The notes below the pieces were generated by a model. The model worked only from the letters and a program-made list of their open reading frames with translations, did not search any database and was not told the DNA's origin. Of a DNA stretch of 64,000 bases, positions 51,140-64,000 are shown piece after piece (positions within the stretch are counted from its first letter, which is position 1; each line of letters opens with the position of its first letter). The position numbers and the translations under genes are program-made. The DNA is from Octopus vulgaris (Eukaryota): contig OX597816.1 in assembly GCA_951406725.2 (NCBI GenBank), positions 175,646,001-175,710,000 of the forward strand, in the 5' to 3' direction.

Positions 51140-51250
51140 CTTTGAAATAAAAATGCCAGGATTATCATTTCCAAACGGAAGACATGAATGGTCTGTGCCA
51201 CCAACAATACTGAGTCCTAAGGGGCCACCATAAGTGTTAAATGTGATTTC
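51140..51250 (-). CDS. scrib: Scribble-like exon, start of PDZ3 (EITFNTYGGPLGLSIVGGTDHSCLPFGNDNPGIFISK)
   Basis: AG acceptor at 51252-51251 and GTAAGT donor; 111 nt, phase 0-0. GPLGLSIVGG-DHS-PFG-PGIFISK matches the Scribble PDZ3 N-terminal half. Confidence 0.93.
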
Positions 51251-52484
51251 CTGATTGAAGGAAACATTTGAAATTAGAGAAAGAAAATGAACAAACAATT
51301 AAACATTGATATTTTTGGGGTCTTATAATTTTTATCAGCTTTATTTTATAAAATGTTTCTAACTTTGAATTAAATTCAAAGATCTATGTACAGAAGTATT
51401 AGTATTATCTCACTAAATGAAAGTAATTGTGTGGTGGAGAGGTAAAAATATGAGATAAAAGTACATATACAGTGTTTTAAATTTCATTGTGTATAGAGAT
51501 GAGTATAAATATATTCATTTTATAGCTATGAAGCAATATATAATTTATAAGAAAAGAGGATGAATGTGTGATATTTATGATCTGCTCAATGGAATATCAT
51601 TGAAAGGAGGTAGATTTACTTCAACAGATGACAGAAAATTAATGGATCTCCATCAATTCTGACAATGTGTTCTCAGTTGTTCAATTAATTGAACTAGTTG
51701 CTCATTGAATTAGCATATAAGTAAATGAACATCCTACAGACACATGTACCCTTAACGTAATCTTCAAGTGGAATCAGTATGATACAGTGTAGCATGGCCG
51801 GACCTTAAATTACAGGCACAAACCTTCCAACAGGTACCTAATTTTCCATCTACAGAATTTCATTCACAAGCCTTGGGTCAACTTGAGGCTATGATAAAAG
51901 ACAGGATGCTATAAAATCCAGTTATATATGTGGTTAAAATAGTAAACATCAGTATTAAGCTCAGCTAGTTATTGGTCTTTTTTACTTAAAGACAGATTTG
52001 CCTTAGTGGAGCAGAGAAAGTGTAGTGCTAGGAGATATCTTTCAATCCTATCTCACTAAGGAAATTTATAGCGTTGGTATGATAAGAAAATGCATCCAGA
52101 ACACTCTGTAAAGAGGTTGGTATTTAGAAAGGCACTCAGCCATAGATACAAGACCAAGTGATACATATTAGTACCTATTCCTTAGAGCAGTAGCTCCCTA
52201 TAGGAGGTGACTTAGACAGTGACGACCTGTCTAATCCATGTCATCCTTGAATGTGGACATAAAATGACGATGATATACATATATCTGACAAGAAGTTTAA
52301 CAGCAATTATTTTATCTCTTCAAATTTAATATATGTATTCCAAAGTAAATTTAAAAACTAAAATGCACTCAAATGGTAACTCATAACGAAAGTGACTTAG
52401 AAAAGCATTAATTATCACATGAGAAAAAACAAAGTGGAATATTAAAAGTAAATTAGATACCTGATTTATTTACATACATACACA

Positions 52485-53234
<750 letters not shown>

Positions 53235-53244
<10 letters not shown>

Positions 53245-53834
53245 TGTTACAATCACTCAATAGTCAAGATAAAACTCTGAGTTTCAGATGCCAAAGTGGA
53301 AATCCACACCACCATCTCTTCGGTTATCTGGCCATCTGAAAAAACGCTATGAAAAAATACCGTTATATAAAGGGAAATTACTGTGTTATAATTCCACTAC
53401 TTATATAAATTAAGGTTAAAAGTTCATAGTAAACATGTAAAACATGGCTACTCATACACTCACATGTGCGCTCGCAGACCCACGTGCGTACTTATACGTC
53501 ACTATGAAAACGTACATATCTTAACTCGCATTTTTCGCTAAATATATATGCATATATGAGTGTATGACTAGACTATGAAATTTTAATCTTATTTTATAAA
53601 AGTAGCAGAATTATAACACAGTAATTTCCCTTTATAAAACGGTATTTTTTCATAGCGTTTTTTCAGATGGCCAGATAACCAAAGAGATGGTGTTGTGGAT
53701 TTCCACTTCGGCATCTGAAACTAAGAGTTTTATCTTGACTATTGAGTAATTGTAACATATTATTTTATAGATAAATTTCCTCTATTTACATAATATTGAG
53801 GTCTCTTTCTTTCTTTTCTTATCTTACCGTTTTT

Positions 53835-53840
<6 letters not shown>
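53235..53840. mobile_element. Penelope-like inverted pseudo-LTR pair (arms about 53235-53420 and 53580-53767)
   Basis: About 185-bp inverted arms, each with a hammerhead-like motif; a T-rich tail follows the right arm. Confidence 0.65.
53268..53328 (-). ncRNA. Hammerhead-like motif with a CCGAAGA core
   Basis: GATAA CCGAAGA GATG..GTGGA-TT-TCCAC..CATC T GAAAC TCAGA GTT TTATC: stem I GATAA/TTATC and stem III ACTC/GAGT. The mirror copy at 53674-53734 has CCAAAGA. Confidence 0.55.
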
Positions 53841-53896
<56 letters not shown>

Positions 53897-54571
53897 AGAG
53901 GAAAGTACTTTTTTAATTCAAACTTATTAAATAATTGTTTTTATCAAAATTTCATGCTAGGTTGCATTGGATATTTCTGTAAATATCAAGAATTTCACAT
54001 ATATAGTTGGAGCATGTATTAATAAAGAGATGTTTTATTTATTTATACTATTACTCATTTTAATTTTTTTTGTTTCATTTTGCTACATTATCACATTTTA
54101 AAATTTAAGTTGGACTTGACATAAAACTGAATGGTTGAGATTCAATGTTTCTTACAATTAGAATTGCAACTGGACAATCCAGGTCAGCTGTGCAAGAGAG
54201 TAGTTCACTAGCACAGAAACAGTTAAAAGAATCTCCAGCACTCAAGATGTGTAGAAGCAGTATATCAGTTTGGTAAAAAATTCAACATTTGATTAGTATC
54301 TCAAGGATGCTAGCAACTTTTCTAAAGGAAACTGGCTCCTATATCAAACAGATAAAGTGACTTCACAGAGGTTCCCTTCCTGGTGTATTCTAATTTGACA
54401 AACATTGAACAGTGTTTCTTCCGAAATAAGCCTCATAGTTTTAGAACATTTGTACATAAACTAATTAGTCAGGAAAAGACATCCACCTAACTCTAAAAAT
54501 ATATGCTCCAACAAATAACAAAAAGATAATGTCAAAAAAAAAAAAGACAGAAAAAGCATGCTATCATTGAA

Positions 54572-55747
54572 CAGGTTGCATCAGTTTTTTGAGGACAACT
54601 CTTTTAAGAGCTCTAGCTTTCTTCTCACTTTTTTTTTACTTTACTTTTTGAATAAAAAATGTTAGACATCAGCAAATGAAAAGGCATTCTTTAATTGTTG
54701 CTCTAAAAGCAATAGTGATACAAAGCTAGCTTGCTTCCTGAAAGTTGCCCATTCTTTCTTTGTCAAATTTCAAAATGAGCTGGAGGCTGTTGATGGAGAC
54801 CCAACATCAGCAGCTAAATGTAAAATGTATGCACAGGGTCCTAATATCACCAGAACAAAAACTCAATTAGAGCCATTGCAAAGGACCTCAAGGTTTCATT
54901 AGAAGGGTTGTGCATAAAGACATCCAGTACAAATTGTGTGTGATGCAGAGGAGTCAGTTTATGTTGGATGTGACAAGAAAAGATTGTTTGATCTGAGCAA
55001 AGTGCTTTCGAAACAAGTTGAAATGCCAAGAGGCTGGAATGCATTGATTTTTCTCTGACAAGAAAACTTTAATCAGGACCAAAAGGTAAACCAAAGGAAT
55101 GATGGATGGCTATACAGAGTCCTGAATGAGGTTCCAATGGTCATGCATACTAAGTTCCCAGCAACTGTGATGGTTCTGAGAGTCATCAGTAATGGGAAGA
55201 TGTTATGCCTCCTCTCTTTTCTTCACAGGGTTTAAGAGCCAATGCCACTGTCTACACAGATGTGTTGGAAAAAGTTGTGAGGCCCTGGATAGACAGAGTA
55301 CACAACAGAAGACTGTTTATCTTCCAAGAAAACTCTGCACCATCTCATAAGGCTAGAACAACTCTAGTGTGAAAGCATGTCAATTTCCATGAATATGTTC
55401 TCCCAGGCACAAGTCCTCCTAGTTTACCAGACCTCAATCTACTGGACTATTACATTTGGAGCATAGCTGAGAGAGAGGTCAATCAACATCCCCATAACAT
55501 CATACAATCTAACAAGTGCGGCATAACCAGCACTATGTATGAAATTTATAAAGATTGTCTGATTTAGGCATGTCAACACTTCTAACCTCATATTAAAGCA
55601 GCCATTAATGTTGATGCTGGATTCATGGAATGGGTGTGATAGAATGATCCCCAACATTATTTGTACCAATTTGCTTTCATCTCTTTGATGAGTTATGGGT
55701 CTTTTTCTAAATTCATACAAATGATAAAAAAAAACTGACACACTCTG
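54572..55747 (+). mobile_element. Decayed Tc1/mariner element, maT/DD37D-like
   Basis: CAG..TG..TCAGTTTTTT inverted ends; FSD.K, HTKFPATVMVL, FIFQENSAPSHKA and PDLNLLDYYIW motifs. Confidence 0.8.
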
Positions 55748-55945
55748 TATGCAGAAAATAGGAAATATACAATAATGACTAATAGGATAAAATGTGAAAG
55801 ACATTCTTTTTGACAGTCATGCAGGAATTAAAATGTGAAGAAATAGAATAATATATAAGAATACTAATGAGAATATAGCAACAATCATTGCAAGGTGACA
55901 TGCAGGTACGTGTAATTAATGTTTTTGCATCAGGGATATAGGCAG

Positions 55946-56004
<59 letters not shown>

Positions 56005-56122
56005 ATTAAAATCACAATAAGGGTGACAAAAATTGAATATTAATTCAAGTGGCCTAGCGTAAAAAAAAAACTCAGTAAAAATTATTAATACATATAATGG
56101 TATTAATAATACTTGTATTAAT

Positions 56123-56179
<57 letters not shown>

Positions 56180-57299
56180 ACACTGCATGAATTCAAAGAG
56201 GATATATTATTTGAAAAATGTAATGATCTTCAAAATCAGTTTTCTTTCTTTCTCTACATAGATGTCAAAAACTGTGTAGAGAAACTACTTTTGTACAAGC
56301 AATGCAATAGTTTTTTTTTTTAATAAATACATACCTACATATGTGTGTGCTGACATATATGTATATTCTTATTCATACACATATATGTATTGACAAAATC
56401 ACACTAAGATACCAGTATGTACATATCTGAAGTGTGAATGTGTGTACAGACACACATACACATGTATATATGTACACACACACAAAATTGAAGTACACAT
56501 TGAAGTACACATTGAAGTACATATATACACACACAAGTATCAAGGTACAGATGTACAAACATTTTTTTATATCTAATTGAGTGAGTGTATACATATGTAT
56601 GGTACAATATATCAGTAGAAAAAATAGAGGTAAGAAAAAAAAAGCAGTTACAGTCCATGCTAACGGAGTGAAGAAAGGTACAAGACAAAAAAGATGTAAA
56701 TAAATATTCCACACCTCATGCCAGGTGTATAAAGCAAAACACAAACAGTTAATAAATGGGATTATTTAAATATAAATAGTAATATAAGCTGGCAAAATTT
56801 ACCAAAACTGGAAAGATTGCTATTTAACACATCAGTAAAACTTCTGTTACTGACATCCTCCAACCACCTGGTTTCAGATATGTAGTGCCAACGTGTTTCT
56901 CCTACCAAAACCATGATGACCTCTGTTATCCTGAAACTTGATGGTTGTAATCCATGTAAATTATACTTATTTGTCTTCATTTATCAATTTCCATGTCTTT
57001 CTGAGTCACTCTCCAATGCTCCAACAAATTAAAAATTTTAATGGATGGTATGCAGAAAAAAAAAAAGCCATCATAATGTGTAAATGTTTTCCCTTTACAT
57101 ACACAAAGGGTGCTCTATAATTTAATACTAACCCACCTGAGACTACCTATTCTAAAGTGTTCATATCTAAATATAGCTCTTCATTAATCTCACCATAAAT
57201 TATTTTGTGTGATGTCAACTGATCAACACAAGCATAACATACCAATATATAAAGGTATATCTATTTAATTAAATACCCTTCAAAATCATGATTATCTTG

Positions 57300-57607
57300 T
57301 ATTTTTTGTTTCAGTCATTAGATGGCAGTCATGTTGGGGCCACTGCCGTGAAGAATTTTAGATAAACAAATTTATTCAGGTATTTATTCTACTGGTTTCT
57401 TTTGCTGAACCACTAAGTTAATAGGACATAAACACATCAATGCCACATCCATAGGTCTTCCTTTGGTTTCCATCTAGCAAATCCATTCACAAGACTTTGG
57501 TCCACCGAAGGCGATAGTAAAACACAATTCCCCAAAGTGTCACTCAGTGGGACTGAACCTGGAACCATGTGGTTGGGAAGCAAACTTCTTACCACACAGC
57601 CATGCCT
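57300..57607 (-). mobile_element. Old SINE family A-like copy
   Basis: GTGGGACTGAACCTGGAACCATGTGGTTGG..CTTACCACACAGCCA matches the family A head. Confidence 0.75.
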
Positions 57608-58177
57608 GTCCCTTCACGCAGCCACATAGGCAGACACTCATTAAAAATATACTAATGATTCCAAACTTTGTCTGTACAAAGCCATATGGTGCAAAGTGTC
57701 TTTCTCAGTGATGGCATTTAGAAGGCTCACCTTTGGTCAGGTATTTATTACCGTCCTGCAAAACACTATACATATTGTTATACTACATAACTTAATATTT
57801 TCATGGGTAATAGCAACGTCTATTCCTTTTATTCCTGGAAACAATGTTTGAATCCTTTCTAACACTAAATAGCTTGCTTAACTCTCCAAAACCAATTGGG
57901 CCAATATACCAGCCTATCGCTTGTGTTAGAAAGAGAAGGAGATTCAAATGAGCTTCACAGAATTTTTAACAATATCACTCTTATTTTTTGTATATTGTAA
58001 AAATAATTCAATGTTCTTCAGTGTAGGCTTTGTCTCTGAAGAATTAAAAAGCATATCATATTGCAATGGGGGGATTGAGTATTATAGTGTCACTATGCTT
58101 GTATTTAATAGACATACTTAAAGTCAATAATTAAAATTGAAATATTTCTTCTAGCCATAAAATCTCTTAACCTCACC

Positions 58178-58213
<36 letters not shown>

Positions 58214-58223
58214 AACACACATG

Positions 58224-58264
<41 letters not shown>

Positions 58265-58363
58265 AGTTAATCCAACCAAGAAAGCACAAAAAAACACAAC
58301 AACGTGAGGACGTGGAACAAATATAGTATTATTGGACGCTCAGGAAAGAAGGAAAGAAGGAGG

Positions 58364-58398
58364 GTTTAACGTTTCGGGCTGAGCTCTTCGTCGGAAAC
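58364..58398 (-). ncRNA. Minimal hammerhead-like motif with a CCGACGA core, in a Penelope-like fragment (about 58265-58545)
   Basis: GTTT CCGACGA AGAGC TCA GCCC GAAAC GTT AAAC: stem I GTTT/AAAC and palindromic AACGTT stem III. Confidence 0.55.
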
Positions 58399-58584
58399 AT
58401 AGGAGAAGGAAAGATCCAGAGAAGGGAGGACAGAGGAAAAAAAAACGCCAACGGTACACACGCGGTCAGGTGTAAGTGGTAGCGACACAAGTGGAAAAGT
58501 GGAAGTAGAAGAAGAAAGGAAAAAGAGGACGAGGAAAAAGTGGAAATATATATACACACACACATATATATGTATATATACACA

Positions 58585-58636
<52 letters not shown>

Positions 58637-58664
58637 TATATATATATACATATATGTATGTATG

Positions 58665-58705
<41 letters not shown>

Positions 58706-58859
58706 TATCTCTCTATATATATATGTATATATATATATACACACATATATATATATACATATACATATATATAGAGAGATAATTCACAAGAAAACAAAAG
58801 ATGAAGACATGTGGTGTAGACAACAAACAGATGTATTAATTTAATGCTCTGGAAGTGAC

Positions 58860-58920
<61 letters not shown>

Positions 58921-58923
<3 letters not shown>

Positions 58924-59619
58924 GGTGGAGTGGTTTTTCACGAATTTTGATTTCATGATGGGGTTAGCATGGAGAAGTTGTGAATGGACATCAAAATAAC
59001 ACATGTAAAACCTTAGATCTCTGTAACAATATCTTCTGTCACCACAAATGAATTGAAAAATGGAAAAAGGGTGGGGAGAAATGCCTCTACTTTTTTATTA
59101 GCTATAAAATACAGTTTTCATTGTGTCTTTGGGCAGCTTTTAAATGACTGCAATGAAATTATGCTAAAATACAACTTAAACATGTTTTTTCCACTGACTT
59201 CATCTTCTGCCTCCACAAGGAGATGACGGGGATGTACTGTAATTTATATCTACATGAAAAATTTTCTGAATTTGATGAATTACAATATTTATGATATTTT
59301 TGCAGATTTTGGAGGCATTTGAGAAGGCAGAAGATGAAGTCACTGAAAAAAACATACTGAAGTCGTATTTTAGAGTAATTTCATCACAGTCATTGAAAAG
59401 CTACCTGAAGAAGATGCAATGAAAAACTGTATTTTATAGCTAATAAGTAAGTAGAGGCATTTTTTCCCTTTTCCCCATTTTTCAATACATTTTGAGGTGA
59501 CAGAAGATATTGTTGCAGAGTTCTAAGATTTTACACCAGTTATTTTGATGTTCATTCACAACTTTTCCGTACTACCCCCCATCACAAAATCGAAAATCAT
59601 GAAAAAACACTCTACCCTA
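58921..59619. mobile_element. About 700-bp foldback non-autonomous DNA element
   Basis: TAGGGTGGAGTG..TTTTCA / TGAAAAAACACTCTACCCTA ends; arms complementary for about 290 bp; inserted in (AT)n. Confidence 0.85.
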
Positions 59620-60109
59620 ATATATATTGTCCAGTATTTTATATTTTCAGATCATAAGTAGATTATAACAATATGTTCGGTACATCAAATCAACCAGTCA
59701 AACGGTTCAACAGTTTGTATTCTTTCACAGGTGCTCTGTTTTAGACAGACATAGATATACAAAGATTTGAAGCAATAATATAAATAATTATCATGAAGAG
59801 CTCCAGTTCACTGCCATTAGTAGAAAGAGGCTACTATGTATCTGATAAAAGTATCATTAATAGCTTCAAATTCCATGGAAATAGCTAAGGTGAGTTTTAT
59901 CAAACTGAATTTTCCTGCTGTATTGCTACCATAAGATAATAATAAGTCAATTAATAATTTAAGATTTTAACTTATAAAATACTGAAAGATAATATTCCAA
60001 TTTTTCCATGTAAGTGATGATAATATTTCAATGTTTTTCATGTTTAATTTAAATATATGTTGTGATTGAATCATTTGACATTACCCATCCACACCAAATT
60101 AATGTTCGG

Positions 60110-60470
60110 GCCCATCAGACGACTTTAGTTCCTTCATGTTTGAGCACACAAGCCTTAGCACTGACAATGCAGCCTTCATGTTTCACCTTGAAGAAATGAC
60201 CAAGGGCCATTCTCACCACTAGCATGTTGATCATGATGCCTTTACTAATCACCTCTTCTAGTTTTCTAACTAGTTCTCCCTCTAATCTATTTCTTTGTAT
60301 TGCTAGCTCTTTCCCAAACACTATCAATTCTACTCTAAAACACTCTCTTTGAGTGCCCCACCACCAGTTGTTGAGGATCATCCTTGACATCTTTTGCTTA
60401 ACAAGTTCACTAATCTGGTTCCAGTTGTCTTTGCATGCCAGTAAGAATATGTTCAACTTCTAGTAACAAT
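60110..60470 (-). mobile_element. L1/Tx1-like LINE ORF2 linker fragment
   Basis: NNWW...ELAIQRNRLEGELVRKLEE...KHEGCIVSAK resembles the region between endonuclease and RT. Confidence 0.45.
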
Positions 60471-60739
60471 ACAGGAAAACTTCCCATCTAGTGTAGGGAC
60501 TTTAAAGAACAACTGTAGATAAAAGACTCTGAGAAGGGCTATTTAAAAAATATTAATCTAAAGAGAGGTCCAGAATACCTGGGCTTCTCAAAAATCAAGG
60601 TGAGTGATCACTTTTTTTTTTTTCTTCTTTCTCTGACTTACATGCCTCGAACCCACAAGAGTAAACAAGAGAGACAGAGACAGGCAGAAACAAGGAAAAT
60701 GCCACTTGTATTTGAACACTATGCAAATATTCTTTTAAA

Positions 60740-60885
60740 AAAACTTTTCTTTTAATTTTTCTAAATTTAATTATTTAATTGATACAGTTGAAAAGGTCTC
60801 AACGACTGAAATCGGTACTGAAATGTTTTTTATAAAATTATCTTAGCATTTTCTATCTTTACTTTTTTTCCATAAATAAATATTA

Positions 60886-60917
<32 letters not shown>

Positions 60918-62500
60918 GGGAGTATGGCTCCAAACTTACAGGGAAAAATTCAATTTAGTATTAAATCAAATTTCACAGTATAAATATATAAAATATGAAT
61001 TAGAAATAAAACCACTATTAGGCAACTGAAACAGTGATAGACATAAACCAATACATAAATAAAAAATAATATATATAATTAATATAATATATATATAATA
61101 TATATATATATATTTTTTCAAAAAGTATAAAATGGATGATAAATATAATATAATAAGTAAAAACACTACGTACATTTCATGGCTATAATTAAATTCTAAT
61201 TACAATTAAGTTTAAATTCAATTGAAATAAATTCGAACTAAAATTATAGTCAATCTTCAGGTTAATGATAATAGTTAAATAAATAAGCAAATAGAGTTAA
61301 ACAATATTTATTTAAGAAATAAATAAAATAATAATTTTTCTTATAGAAAAAACTCCATTATCTAAATTAGAAACTTAAAACTTTTGGATTATTTCCTACA
61401 ACCCATTTATTATGTTAAATATTTATTTTTAAGGTAAAAAAATAGATAGAAATATGTATTTATCAATGAAGATATAATATGGCTTTAAAAAAACATAATA
61501 AACTCACGAATATCCTTAACTCAGTTATAGTCCAATATTTAATTACCAAATTATTTAACAAAATAATCACTATTCATATTTTTAGATTTAAGTTCACTTC
61601 TAATAATTATAAAATATTTAAAAATAAGTAACTAAATTATAATCAACAAATGTAGTAATTAAAATCTAAAATTTACTCTATCAATAAATACATAGACATA
61701 TAATGAAAAATAAATAAATTATTTAGTCCATTATTACTTACATAAATATTATAAATATCAATATAATATAGTTATGAAATACATTTAAAAATTAAAGATT
61801 AAAAATCAAATTAAAAACATATAACCTATCTTAAAAGAACCGTATAACTATTTTACGATCTATATACCTAGTGACTAAGTAATATCTTACAAATTACGTA
61901 GTTATAATCTAATAATTAAATTCATATCATCAACAACTAAAAAAATAATTATAGAATCAAATTAACAATCAGTAGTTATATAGTATATAATACAATGCAA
62001 TAAAACTTCTTAAAATATCTTAAATAGAAAATGTTTACTTAGCTTTCAAAAACTGTGTCATTAACTAATTTTTGAAAACAAAAACCAAATATATATATAT
62101 ATATTATATTATATTATATTATATTATATTAATTATATATATTATTTGTTATTTATGTATTGGTTTATGTCTATCACTGTTTGAGTTGCATAATAGTGGT
62201 TTTATCTCTAACACTGTTTTGTTCTATATTATTATGTTTGACCTTAAAGTTTCTTATGTGGTGGTTTAATAAAGTATGTGATTGGGTATTATCTGGTAAT
62301 TGATATTTGATTTGGATGTATTTCTCCATTTTCTTATTTTGTATTATGAATTTGTGGTAAAACATTTTACCTTTGCCCATATAATACAGTAAATGAATTA
62401 ATTGCATCGCAATTCTTAACATTTATGTATTAACTTTGTTGGGTACTTCTCTAGCAGTATATTGGATATATGTTATCCCATGGAGGGTTGCATTTACAAC
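60740..62500. mobile_element. Very AT-rich Penelope-like remnant with an inverted duplication (about 61000-61110 and 62090-62210)
   Basis: Inverted copies of CCACTATTA.GCAACT.AAACAGTGATAGACATAAACCAATACATAAAT; hammerhead-like motifs at 60785-60820 and 61164-61263. Confidence 0.5.
61164..61263 (-). ncRNA. Hammerhead-like motif with an intact CUGAAGA core and long AT-rich stem II
   Basis: AAC CTGAAGA TTGACTATAATT...AATTATAGCCAT GAAAT GTAC GTA GTG: near-palindromic stem III and a GUA site. Confidence 0.55.
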
Positions 62501-62513
62501 CCCTATCTCAATT

Positions 62514-62556
<43 letters not shown>

Positions 62557-63317
62557 CAATTAAGTAATGCAATCAACTCACTGTTGCTTTGTTCAAAACA
62601 GTGAAACATGTTGGTGATGACAGATATGTTGCATTCAGTAACACTGCTTAGTGTGCCACTCTCACCCTTTTTCACAAGATCATTGGTATTCTTTTCAATC
62701 TCTCCCCATCTTTCAGTGATGTACTTTTTTTCCAGTTGACTGAATCCATAATGAAAATTTTACAGCAAAAACAAACTTTTCCAACTGGAGGCCAAATTTA
62801 TATTGAAAAGTTCACCAAGAAACAAAGGGCTTTATACAAAAAGGAACTAACCAGCAGTTAGTGAATCACTTCTTTTCCACAATTATAGAAGTATTGAACA
62901 GAAAAACAGTTACTATGAAGGTGACTGTTTGTAAACAAACTTTGGGGAGACAAAGTTAAGTGTAGCTTGCAAGAATGCCAACCATAATAATAATAATAAT
63001 AATAATAATAACAGTGACGATGATGATGATGATAATGATGAAAAAGGATAAAAAACTGCTATATGCACAGTAAGTACATAGATTAATTATGTATATATCC
63101 AACTGTTTATGCATACATGAAATACACATGAAATATTTATAAACTGTGTAAACAATGTTTACCTGACATGCACAAAAACATGCTCCACAAATGAAGAAAC
63201 AAAACAATACCAAGTGACATTCCACAAACAAACACAAAGAGTAAGTAATCATCGTCATCAACAACAACAACAACAACAACAGCAACAGCAACAACAACAA
63301 CAACAACAACAATCAAG

Positions 63318-63431
63318 CTAAATGCCAGAAACAAAACTGAGGCTGTCAACACATTTACCATGCTTGTAGTCCCACACAACTTCAATATTATGAACTGACC
63401 CTTCTCTGAGATCAGCAAACTTGATGTCAAA
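63318..63431 (-). CDS. Candidate alternative or terminal exon (FDIKFADLREGSVHNIEVVWDYKHGKCVDSLSFVSGI-stop)
   Basis: TTTCATAG acceptor, 37 open codons and TAG, with an internal G|GTAAAT donor; followed by UTR-like simple repeats. Confidence 0.25.
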   Translation of the reverse strand, partial: FDIKFADLREGSVHNIEVVWDYKHGKCVDSLSFVSGI

Positions 63432-64000
63432 CTATGAAAGCTGACAACAGTTCACCACATGCATCATTGAAAAGCAGACACAGATTGCATATACCTCTCC
63501 CCCCCAAAAAAGGTGGTGGTCAGGGGTTAATAAACTCTCAACTCTCATAGAAAATTGCAACCATGGGACTTTCCAGCTTACCCACATCAAGCAAACAAGA
63601 TGTTAAAGCTGTTTTTCAAACATGAAGATACCCAAAAGTTGCATTCAGTGATGAAAACTGCAAAAATATACCTCAAAAAAAAAAAAAAAAAAAAAAATAT
63701 GCAACTGGATGAAGCAGGACCTGACAAAAATGCATCCTCAACTGACAAGGCTAAACAAATAAAAAAAACCTTGCCTAACAAACCAGCTTCCAATATATTA
63801 GGTGGTCCCAAAAGTTCGTAAACACTTGCGAAAATTGAATTTTTACTTGCCAAGTACTAACAAAAACAACAAAAATTATTCCTCAAAATAAAGACCAATA
63901 TTTTCCAAGACTTTCTATGAACTTTTGGGACAACCTTATATTAAGGAAAAATGGGAGTAAAGACTACTGCATTATAAATACCTAACTAGGATCAGGGACC

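Noticed and set aside
60900-62100. Mitochondrial insertion (NUMT)
   Set aside because: No mitochondrial gene or tRNA motif recognised. The inverted duplication and hammerhead-like motifs fit a Penelope-like remnant better, though only a search can exclude a NUMT.

Overview
AT-rich, repeat-dense animal genomic DNA. The SINE, LINE and microsatellite landscape looks like an Octopus-type coleoid cephalopod, which is an inference from repeat style and not a database match. The window lies inside a large minus-strand gene. Ten GT-AG exons between 51250 and 7569 splice in frame (1221 nt, 407 aa) and encode PDZ3, PDZ4 and part of the C-terminal tail of a Scribble-family (LAP) polarity scaffold. All ten exons are phase 0-0. 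The introns hold tRNA-headed SINEs, 5'-truncated RTE copies with a hairpin tandem array in the 3' UTR, and decayed RTE, CR1-like and Copia fragments. They also hold a decayed CsRn1-like Gypsy element, a solo LTR, mariner, maT and Tigger remnants, piggyBac-type MITEs, non-autonomous Helitrons, foldback elements and Penelope-like remnants. The least expected signal is a set of seven minimal type-I hammerhead-ribozyme-like motifs in Penelope-like fragments. Two of these, in unrelated elements, carry a CCGANGA core instead of CUGANGA. Coordinates were read by eye: exon boundaries are exact to my count, while repeat boundaries are approximate.
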